NCBI GenBank assembly: GCA_035546915.1
Contig: DASZVT010000110.1
Span: 1 to 38,068 of the forward strand
Reading direction: 5' to 3'
DNA: 38,068 bases
From: Mycobacteriales bacterium
GTDB taxonomy: Bacteria; Actinomycetota; Actinomycetes; Mycobacteriales; CAJCIY01
Part shown: in pieces, positions 8,425 to 15,540 of the stretch
How positions within the stretch are numbered: position 1 is the first letter of the stretch
How the letters are laid out: the number at the start of each line of letters is the position of its first letter
Notes under the pieces: model-generated
Told to the model about the DNA's origin: nothing
Seen by the model: only the letters and a program-made list of their open reading frames with translations
The model's database searches: none
Made by a program: the position numbers and the translations under genes

Positions 8425-9919
8425 GCCCGTCCTTCCACCTCGGGGTGTTGGCTCGCAACCCTACGGCGTCGAGGTGGCCAAACGGGTAGTCCCGCGCTCG
8501 CGTCGCGGCGACGATAGTGGCGGCGCGGCCGGGATCGGCGGCTTCGATGGTGTCGGCGAGCCGGTGGAAGGCGCTGCGGTGACCGGCGAACCGATCGCGG
8601 GCGTACTCGGTGGCGCTGTCCTTGGTGACGCTGAACGGCCAGTCACTGGCCAGTGCCAGCAGCGCTTCCCGGGCGAGCTGGTCGAGCGACGCGCTGCGCC
8701 CGGCGCACGGGTCGGCCTTGTCCACGACGGCAAGCAGCCGTTCGGCGACCCTCTCTTGGTCGCGACGCATGTCCGGAACCTCCCACACGCCGAAGTCCTT
8801 GCCCGTGCCCCAGGAACCGGCCGGCAGCGCGCGTCGGGTGGCCGGCAGCTGCTCGGCCGCGTTTGCCAGCGTGCGCAGCCGGACTCCGGCCTCGGGAAGG
8901 GCGCGCAGGACTGCTTCGAGAAACTGCGGCCCCTCGTGCCACCAGTGGCCGTACAGCTCGGTGTCGTACGCGACGACGACCAGTGGGTCATCGCCGGGCA
9001 GCGATCGCAGCCGTGCGACGACGCGGTCGACGAAGTCCGAGGCGTCCCGGGCCACCGCGGCGCGGGCCAGTCGCGGATCGTACGGGCGCTTGTCGCCGGG
9101 GCGGGTGCGCGCGCTGGTGACCCGGGAGGCCCGCAGCCCGCTGGCGTGGTCGAAGGTGTGGAAGTCCCGGTACGCGGGGCCGCCGGGGTAACCCGCCTTG
9201 GGAGACCAGACTCGGTAGGTGACGTCGAGGTCGCGGGCGAAGGCGATCACGCCGGAGCCGGCGACGTCGACCGGGGCGCACGTATGGCCGCGCGCCAGCG
9301 GGCCGTCCACCACGAAGTGCTCGACCCCGGCGTCGGCGTAGAGCTGCTCCAGCCCGGGGGCGTATGCGCATTCTGGCGCCCAGATACCGCGCGGACGCCG
9401 CCCGACGCGCAGACTGGCGTCGTCCAGGCCGGTGAGCAACGCGAACCGGGCGAGACGGCCCGGCAGGAACGGGGTGAAGGTGTGCGTCGCGGGGCCGCCC
9501 AGCAACTGCACGGCGCCGGCGTCGGCGAGGTCGCGCAGTACCGGGGAGGCGCCGTGCCGCCAGCGCCGCTCGAACGTAGTCAGGGCTCGAGCGGCGAGCC
9601 GGCCTTCGTAGCCGGCGGTGGGTACGCCGCGGACGGCGGCGCCCTCGGCGCGCAACTGCCACGTGGCAAGCCAGGTGTGGAACTCGCCGAGGCAGTAGGG
9701 ATCGTCGAGCATCGCGGCCAGCACCGGGGTGACGCCGAGCGTCAGCAACCCGGTGCGGCCCTCAGCGGCGAGGCGTTCGAGCACGCCGGCAACCGGCAGG
9801 TACGCGCCGGACCAGGCCTGGTAGAGCCATTCCTCGCCGACCGGCCAACTGCCGTGATGCGCCAGCCAGGGCAGGTGGGTGTGCAGGACGATCGCGCAGC
9901 TACCGACCTGCACGGTCAC
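8417..9919 (-). CDS. GH57 family alpha-glucan enzyme (branching-enzyme-like, Rv3031-like)
   Basis: GH57 signature blocks: VLHTHLPW near the N-terminus, the WAPECAY nucleophile region, and YDTELYGHWWHEG in the acid/base region. The start overlaps the upstream methyltransferase stop by 4 nt. Confidence 0.85.
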   Translation of the reverse strand: MTVQVGSCAIVLHTHLPWLAHHGSWPVGEEWLYQAWSGAYLPVAGVLERLAAEGRTGLLTLGVTPVLAAMLDDPYCLGEFHTWLATWQLRAEGAAVRGVPTAGYEGRLAARALTTFERRWRHGASPVLRDLADAGAVQLLGGPATHTFTPFLPGRLARFALLTGLDDASLRVGRRPRGIWAPECAYAPGLEQLYADAGVEHFVVDGPLARGHTCAPVDVAGSGVIAFARDLDVTYRVWSPKAGYPGGPAYRDFHTFDHASGLRASRVTSARTRPGDKRPYDPRLARAAVARDASDFVDRVVARLRSLPGDDPLVVVAYDTELYGHWWHEGPQFLEAVLRALPEAGVRLRTLANAAEQLPATRRALPAGSWGTGKDFGVWEVPDMRRDQERVAERLLAVVDKADPCAGRSASLDQLAREALLALASDWPFSVTKDSATEYARDRFAGHRSAFHRLADTIEAADPGRAATIVAATRARDYPFGHLDAVGLRANTPRWKDGHA

Positions 9920-10683
9920 GGTCGGCGCCAGGCCACAACAAGCAGGTCGAGGCTGGTATCGATCTCGTCCGCCGTGACGGTGAAGTCGTTCGTGCGCACG
10001 GTATGGACGGCTTCGCGGATGCCGGCGGACCAGGTTTCGGGCGGACCGGCGACCTGGGCGTCGACGAGCGAGCCGACGCGTCGCTCGCCACGGCGCAGCC
10101 GGCGGCCGTGGCGCACGCCGAGCAGGCGGGCGACGTGGAAGCGCGGGGTGAGCAGATCGGTGAGCTCAGCCGGGGACAGCTCGCGGACGTGGAACGGGTT
10201 GAGCGGGGTGTCCCGGCCGGGGGAGAAGGTGAGCCGGTTCGGGGTGGAGACGACCAGAGTGCCGGCGGGGCGCAGCACCCGGGCGCATTCCGCGATGAAG
10301 CCGGGCTGATCGCGCAGGTGCTCGATGGTCTGCAGGTGTACCACCGCGTCGATCACGCCGTCGCGTACTGGCAGGTGCTGCAGGTCACCGCGGACGGCGA
10401 TGACGTCCGGATAGTGGACGGCCAGGTGCCTGACCACCTGCTCGGACGAATCCAGTGCGATCACCGGACCGGAACCGCTGCGGCGCAGCAGGTCCGCGCC
10501 GTAGCCTTCGCCGGCGCCGGCCTCCAGCACGGCCGCGCCGACGACCCAGGGAGCGATCGCGCGGTAGGCGGCCTCGTGCCGGCGGAACCAATAGTTCTCG
10601 TCCGGGATTCCGGGCAGGGTGCGTTCGCCGGTGAGCGCCAGCGGCGAGCCGGAGACGGGCCCGCGTTCCTGCACCTGCGCCAC
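9916..10683 (-). CDS. class I SAM-dependent methyltransferase (Rv3030-like)
   Basis: Motif I VLEAGAGEGYGADLL, then LRPAGTLVVSTPN. The ORF-track start at 10812 would overlap the upstream SDR by 94 nt. The first in-frame start clear of it is GTG 10683. The start is uncertain. Confidence 0.8.
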   Translation of the reverse strand: MAQVQERGPVSGSPLALTGERTLPGIPDENYWFRRHEAAYRAIAPWVVGAAVLEAGAGEGYGADLLRRSGSGPVIALDSSEQVVRHLAVHYPDVIAVRGDLQHLPVRDGVIDAVVHLQTIEHLRDQPGFIAECARVLRPAGTLVVSTPNRLTFSPGRDTPLNPFHVRELSPAELTDLLTPRFHVARLLGVRHGRRLRRGERRVGSLVDAQVAGPPETWSAGIREAVHTVRTNDFTVTADEIDTSLDLLVVAWRRP

Positions 10684-10718
10684 CTGGACAGCGTACGGGG
10701 ACCGCGGGGACAAGCGCG

Positions 10719-11639
10719 TCAGCCCGTCGGTCGTTCCCCGCTCATTCCTGCGTTCGGTGCGGCACGCCGCACCAGGTCCGGCACCACTTCGGTCAGGTCT
10801 CCTGGTTCCCACCGGCCCTGGGTCTCGACGTACGGACCCAACGCCCAGCCCTCGGCGACCGTGATCCGCCCGCCGAAGACGCCGAATACCCGGCCGGTGA
10901 TGTCTTTCGACAGCGGGGAACCCAGCCAGACCACCAGCGGCGAGATGTTCTCCGGTGCCATGCCCTGTTCGCCGCCGCGCCGCGCCTTGACGTCTGCCAG
11001 GTTCGGGATGTCCTCGGTCATCCGGGTCAGCGCCGTCGGCGAAATCGCGTTGACGGTGACGCCGTAACGCGCCAGCTCCTGCGCCGTGATGATCGTCATC
11101 GACGCGATCCCGGCCTTGGCCGCTCCGTAGTTGGACTGGCCGACGTTGCCGAAGAGACCGGACGCGGAGCTGGTGTTGATCACCCGGGCATCCCGCTTGC
11201 GGTCCGCCTTCGCCTCCTCGCGCCAGTACGCGGCGGCATGGCGCATGGTGCAGAAGGTGCCCTTCAGATGCACGGCGACGACGGAGTCCCAGTCGGACTC
11301 GGACATGTTGACCATCATCTTGTCGCGCAAGATCCCGGCGTTGTTCACCACCACGTCCAGCGCCCCGAACGTGTCGATCGCCTGCTGGACCACGTTCTGG
11401 GCGCCGTCCCAGCTGGCGATGTTGTCCGCGTTCGCGACCGCCTCGCCGCCTGCGGCGACGATCTCGTCCACCACCTGCTGCGCCGGACCCCGGTCAGCGC
11501 CGCTGCCGTCCCGCGCACCACCGAGGTCGTTCACGACGACCTTCGCGCCCTCGGCGGCGAACGCCTTCGCGTGCGCCCGTCCGATACCGTTCCCCGCGCC
11601 GGTGACGATGACGACCCGGCCTGTGTTGATTCCCGGCAC
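10719..11639 (-). CDS. MFE-2 / 17beta-HSD4-type (3R)-hydroxyacyl-CoA dehydrogenase (Hsd4A-like SDR)
   Basis: Matches along its length the dehydrogenase domain of peroxisomal multifunctional enzyme 2: VTGAGNGIGRAHA, VVVNDLGG..DGSG, VVDEIVAAGGEAVAN, FGALDVVVNNAGILRD, DWD.V..VHLKG, SSASGLFGNVGQSNYGAAKAG, ISPTA.TRMTE. Confidence 0.9.
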   Translation of the reverse strand: MPGINTGRVVIVTGAGNGIGRAHAKAFAAEGAKVVVNDLGGARDGSGADRGPAQQVVDEIVAAGGEAVANADNIASWDGAQNVVQQAIDTFGALDVVVNNAGILRDKMMVNMSESDWDSVVAVHLKGTFCTMRHAAAYWREEAKADRKRDARVINTSSASGLFGNVGQSNYGAAKAGIASMTIITAQELARYGVTVNAISPTALTRMTEDIPNLADVKARRGGEQGMAPENISPLVVWLGSPLSKDITGRVFGVFGGRITVAEGWALGPYVETQGRWEPGDLTEVVPDLVRRAAPNAGMSGERPTG

Positions 11640-11645
11640 GGTTGG

Positions 11646-12758
11646 TCAGATCCCGATTCGCTGGGCGAGCTGCTCGCGGTGGTACGAGGGGCTGCCGAGC
11701 AACTCCTGCGAGCTGCGCGCGCGCTTGAAGTACAGGTGCGCCGGGTGCTCCCAGGTGAATCCGATGCCGCCGTGCACTTGGATGTTCTTGCTCGTCACGT
11801 GGCTGTAGGCCTCCGAGCAATACGATTTCGCCAGGCTCGCCACCACCGGCAGGTCCTCGGCCAGCTCCGCGGACGCCCACAGCCCGTAGTACGCCGCCGA
11901 CCGGGCCGATTCGACCTCCAGCAGCATGTCCGCGCACATGTGCTTGATCGCCTGGAAGGAGCCGATCGGCCGGCCGAACTGGTGCCGCACCTTCGCGTAC
12001 TCCACGGCCATGTCGAGCGCCTTCTGCGCTCCGCCGACCTGTTCCGCGGCGAGCGTGATCACGGCCAGATCCAGCGCCCGGGCCAGCCCAGGATCGGCCC
12101 CGCCCTCGGCACCGATCAGCCGCGCCGGTACCCCGTCGAAGTCCAGCTGAGCCTGCTTGCGGGTCAGGTCCAGCGTCGGCAGCGCAGTCCGGGTCAGGCC
12201 GGTCGCCTCGCCGTCGACCGCGAACAGTGACAGTGCGTCCCCGGTCTTCGCCGCTACCAGGATCAGGCCGGCGGTGTGCCCGTCCAGCACGTACGTCTTC
12301 TGCCCGGAGATCTTCCACTCCGAGCCGTCCTGGGCCGCCGTCGTCGTGCCGGCTTTCGGGTCGGCGGAGCCGTTCGCCTCGGTCAGCGCCACCGTCGCAG
12401 TCAGTTCCCCGGACGCGATGCCTGGCAGGTAGGCCGCGGCTGCCTCGGTGTCGCCGCTGTGCTGCAGCACCGGGGTCGCGAGGCCCACCGTGGACAGGAA
12501 CGGCGCGCACAGCAGCGACCTGCCGGCTTCCTCGGCCACCACGCCGACCTCGACTGCGCTCATCCCGGCGCCACCGTGCTCCTCGGCGATCGCCAAGCCG
12601 GTCAGACCCAGTTCGGCGAGCTGACGCCAGGTGGTTGCTTCGTAGCCGTCCTCGGTCTCCATCAGACGCCGGACGTCCTCCTCTGCGGAGACATCCGTCA
12701 GCACGTCGCGGACCATCTTCCGCAGTTCGTCCTGCTCCTGGGTGAAGGCGAAGTCCAC
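11646..12758 (-). CDS. acyl-CoA dehydrogenase family protein (unpaired; degenerate signature 1)
   Basis: GTG start with GAGGGG 6 nt upstream. N-terminus MDFAFTQEQDELRKMV. ACAD signature 2 QVHGGIGFTWEHPAHLYFKRA is present, but the signature 1 region reads ALTEANGSAD. Confidence 0.85.
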   Translation of the reverse strand: MDFAFTQEQDELRKMVRDVLTDVSAEEDVRRLMETEDGYEATTWRQLAELGLTGLAIAEEHGGAGMSAVEVGVVAEEAGRSLLCAPFLSTVGLATPVLQHSGDTEAAAAYLPGIASGELTATVALTEANGSADPKAGTTTAAQDGSEWKISGQKTYVLDGHTAGLILVAAKTGDALSLFAVDGEATGLTRTALPTLDLTRKQAQLDFDGVPARLIGAEGGADPGLARALDLAVITLAAEQVGGAQKALDMAVEYAKVRHQFGRPIGSFQAIKHMCADMLLEVESARSAAYYGLWASAELAEDLPVVASLAKSYCSEAYSHVTSKNIQVHGGIGFTWEHPAHLYFKRARSSQELLGSPSYHREQLAQRIGI

Positions 12759-12921
12759 GGTGTACCCCTCGATCGTGACCGGTTCGGGCCGGGTGTACGA
12801 ATACTGTCGGTGCGGGAAACGGCAGTCCCGGCAGTCGTTTGCGGCTGGCGCGGAACCCGTGCCACTGTATAGCCGATCTGATCGACCACTTCGAATCCGC
12901 CCGACTCACCAGGAGGCCTCC

Positions 12922-13329
12922 GTGTCCTTCTCCGGCCAGGACAGTGCGCGCGAGGCCCAGATCAGGGCCGCCGCTGCTGCATACGGGAAGGCGGTGGATT
13001 CCGGCGACGACGCCGCGCTCGCGGCGGTGCACGAACCGGATGCGCAGATCTGGCACAACACCGACGGCAATAGCCAGACGGTCGAGGAGAACCTGAAGCT
13101 CGGTGCGTGGCTGCGTCGCAAGATGCCGGACGTGGCGTTCACCGACGTGCGGGTCACGGTGACCGAGGACGGGTTCGTGCGACGTAACGTGGTCACCGGC
13201 ACGGCGCCGGACGGCAGTCGCGTGCGGGTGCCGTCCTGCCTGGTGGTGGAGGTCTCGCCGGCCGGGAAGGTGGCACACGTGTCCGAATACCTCGATTCGG
13301 CGGGTCTGGCGCCGCTATTCGCCCGCTGA
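12922..13329 (+). CDS. NTF2-like / SnoaL-like small protein (ketosteroid-isomerase fold family)
   Basis: AGGAGG (12911-12916) lies 5 nt upstream of GTG 12922. The protein is 135 aa and the pattern AAAAYGKAVDSGDDAALAAVHEPDAQIWHN is typical of NTF2/SnoaL N-termini. The stop overlaps the next ATG (TGATG). The ORF-track 5' extension to 12742 is rejected. Confidence 0.6.
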   Translation: MSFSGQDSAREAQIRAAAAAYGKAVDSGDDAALAAVHEPDAQIWHNTDGNSQTVEENLKLGAWLRRKMPDVAFTDVRVTVTEDGFVRRNVVTGTAPDGSRVRVPSCLVVEVSPAGKVAHVSEYLDSAGLAPLFAR

Positions 13330-14489
13330 TGGACTTCGATTTCACCACTGCCGAGCAGGAGTTCCGGACCGAGGTGCGGCGCTGGCTCGCCGATCACCTG
13401 ACCGACGAGATCCGCGACCTCGGTGAGGACTGGGACAAGACCGAGTTGCGGCTGGCCTGGGAGAAGGAACTCGGACAGGCTGGCTGGATCGGGCTGTCCT
13501 GGCCGGCCCAGTACGGGGGTCGCGGCGCGACCATCATCGAGCAACTGATCTTCGCGGAGGAGTACGCCCGGGCCGGCGCGCCGCCGCGGGCGCCGTTCGG
13601 GGAGGGTCTGCTCGGACCCACCCTCATCGCGCTGGGCACGGAGGCCCAGCGGCAGCGCTTCCTGCCGGCGATCCTGCGCGGTGAACAGCAATGGTGCCAG
13701 GGTTTCTCCGAGCCCGAAGCCGGTAGCGACCTGGCCGGTGTCCGCACCAAGGCCAGGCTCGAGGGTGACGAGTGGATCATCGACGGTCAGAAGATCTGGA
13801 CTTCGCAAGCGATGGAAGCGGACTGGATCTTCGTGCTGGCACGTACCAACCCGGATGTGCCCAAGCACAAGGGTCTGTCGTTCATCCTGGTGCCGATGGA
13901 CCAGCCGGGCGTCGAAGTCCGCCCGATCCGGAACCTCACCGGCTCGTCGGAGTTCAACGAGGTGTACTTCGACGGAGCCCGGACCGGCAGCGACCTGGTC
14001 GTGAACGGGGTGGACGGAGGCTGGGCGGTCGCGATGGCGACTCTCGGGTTCGAGCGCGGCACCGCGTTCCTCGGCCAGCAAGTTCGCTTCGCGGAGGAAC
14101 TCGACCGCCTGGTAGGCCTGGTCCAGGAGCAGGGCCGGGCCGGCGAACCGCGGCTGCGGCAGCAGCTGGCCGCGCTCTACGCCGAGTTGCAGATCATGAA
14201 GTACAGCGGTTTCCGCACCCTGACCCAGGTGCTGCGGACCGGTACGCCGGGGCCGGAGTCCAGTGTCGGCAAGCTGTTCTGGTCGCAGTGGGCGCAACGG
14301 CTCGGTGAGCTCGAACTCGATGTGCTCGGTCCGGCCGGCCAGGTCGTCGGAGCCGACTACGAGCTGTCCGGGATGCAGAACTTCGCACTGTTCGCGCGGG
14401 CGCACACCATTTACGCCGGCTCGTCCGAGGTGCAGCGCAACATCGTGTCCGAGCGGGTGCTTGGGATGCCGCGGGACCCGGTCGGCTGA
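13329..14489 (+). CDS. acyl-CoA dehydrogenase
   Basis: Signature 1 GFSEPEAGSD, WIIDGQKIWTS, helix-G GFERG, and C-terminal IYAGSSEVQRNIVSERVLGMPRD. Confidence 0.9.
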   Translation: MDFDFTTAEQEFRTEVRRWLADHLTDEIRDLGEDWDKTELRLAWEKELGQAGWIGLSWPAQYGGRGATIIEQLIFAEEYARAGAPPRAPFGEGLLGPTLIALGTEAQRQRFLPAILRGEQQWCQGFSEPEAGSDLAGVRTKARLEGDEWIIDGQKIWTSQAMEADWIFVLARTNPDVPKHKGLSFILVPMDQPGVEVRPIRNLTGSSEFNEVYFDGARTGSDLVVNGVDGGWAVAMATLGFERGTAFLGQQVRFAEELDRLVGLVQEQGRAGEPRLRQQLAALYAELQIMKYSGFRTLTQVLRTGTPGPESSVGKLFWSQWAQRLGELELDVLGPAGQVVGADYELSGMQNFALFARAHTIYAGSSEVQRNIVSERVLGMPRDPVG

Positions 14490-14542
14490 TTCACCCTGCG
14501 CGGGCGTAAGGTCCGCAACGAGGGAATCCGCCCAAACGGAGG

Positions 14543-14554
14543 TCCCGATCGGGA
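14543..14554. promoter_or_regulatory. 12-bp perfect palindrome TCCCGATCGGGA in the 114-nt gap upstream of the thioesterase gene (candidate operator or hairpin)
   Basis: Read directly from the sequence. It is followed by the hexamer repeats CAAGTA CAAGTA GCAGTA (14568-14585) and the RBS GAGGAGG (14591-14597). Confidence 0.25.
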
Positions 14555-14603
14555 GCCCCAGCAATCGCAAGTACAAGTAGCAGTATCGACGAGGAGGCCG
14601 TGC

Positions 14604-15539
14604 GTGGTCGGCGGGAACGCCTCCTCGGTGGCGCGCGGGCACGACGCCGACTCGCTCGCCGCCTTCGGGACGCTGTCCGGGCTCCAGCGCGCGCGCAACA
14701 CCCTGAACCCGACCGGACTGCGTTCGCCGGTCTATCGCTACCTCGACCTGCCCGCGTCCGAGGTGGAGGCAGGTCGCGCGACGCACAGCCTGCAGCTGGA
14801 CCCGCGGTTCCTGGACGGACGCGGTGGTACCTCGATGGGGGTCCTCGGGGTGCTCGCGGACGCCGCGCTGGGTAACGCGGCGCTCACCGTGCTGCCGGCC
14901 GGCAGCGCCACCATGACCAGCCAGTTACGCATCGACGGGGCTCGCCCGCTGGGTCCGGAGTCGCAGCGGCTGCGGTGCAGCGGCACCGTCGCCGGCTTCG
15001 ACGGCGTCACCGTGTTGGCCACCGGACAGATCCAGGCCGAGGACGGCACCGTGGTGGCCACGGCATTGGCTCGGTGCTTCGCGGCGCCGACCACCGCGTA
15101 CACCCCGGCCGGAGTGGCCACCGAACCGCCGTTGGACCCGCCTCCCGACGAGAGTCGGCCGCCAGTCGAGGTCGCCCTCGGGCTGCGGGTACAGCACCGT
15201 GCTGGTGGCGAGGCCACGCTCAGTTTCGACGCGCCCTACCGGTTGTCGAACATCTTCGGCATGATCCACGGGGGACCGCTGGCAGCCGTACTCGAGTATG
15301 CGTCCTGGTGCGCTGCCGGTGCCACGGACGGGCCTGCGGCGGGCGTGACGATGCTGGACTGCTCGGTGCGCTACCTGCGGGGTGTCGCCGGCGACGACAC
15401 CCCCAAGCAACTCACGGCCAGGACGCTGCACCGTACCCGGCGGCTCGCGACCGTGGAGTGCCTGCTCACCGCCGCCGACGGCATCACCTTGACCAGCGCC
15501 GAAGCGACCTACCTGATCACCCCAGCACGAGGACGGTGA
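14604..15539 (+). CDS. hotdog-fold thioesterase with two PaaI/4HBT-like repeats
   Basis: GAGGAGG lies 6 nt upstream of GTG 14604. Repeat 1 contains GGTSMGVLGVLADAALGNAA. Repeat 2 contains GMIHGGPLAAVLEYASWCAAG. Each repeat is ~130 aa and ends in a beta-rich segment. Confidence 0.7.
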   Translation: MVGGNASSVARGHDADSLAAFGTLSGLQRARNTLNPTGLRSPVYRYLDLPASEVEAGRATHSLQLDPRFLDGRGGTSMGVLGVLADAALGNAALTVLPAGSATMTSQLRIDGARPLGPESQRLRCSGTVAGFDGVTVLATGQIQAEDGTVVATALARCFAAPTTAYTPAGVATEPPLDPPPDESRPPVEVALGLRVQHRAGGEATLSFDAPYRLSNIFGMIHGGPLAAVLEYASWCAAGATDGPAAGVTMLDCSVRYLRGVAGDDTPKQLTARTLHRTRRLATVECLLTAADGITLTSAEATYLITPARGR

Positions 15540-15540
15540 C

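Noticed and set aside
8015-10309. 764-aa ORF on the + strand, the longest in this part of the track
   Set aside because: It runs antisense to the GH57, small membrane protein and methyltransferase genes, which have clear family motifs. Its translation is Arg/Gly/Pro/Ala-rich with no recognisable domain, which is the usual open-antisense-frame artefact of ~70% GC DNA.
12850-12866. Partial resemblance to the KstR operator (GGAACCCGTGCCA versus TnnAACnnGTTnnA); I also scanned the mce leader for KstR and KstR2 motifs
   Set aside because: It matches only about 6 of 8 conserved positions and is not palindromic. I found no AAC-nn-GTT or CAAG-nn-CTTG core by eye in 33762-34201, 12759-12921 or 14490-14603.
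11494-13278. 594-aa ORF on the - strand, out of frame with the ACAD at 11646-12758
   Set aside because: It is an alternative frame of a well-supported ACAD and crosses the divergent promoter. The composition is typical of a non-coding frame.
12906-14786. 626-aa ORF on the - strand
   Set aside because: It is antisense to the NTF2-like gene and the ACAD at 13329. It has low-complexity Arg/Pro/Gly composition and no motifs.
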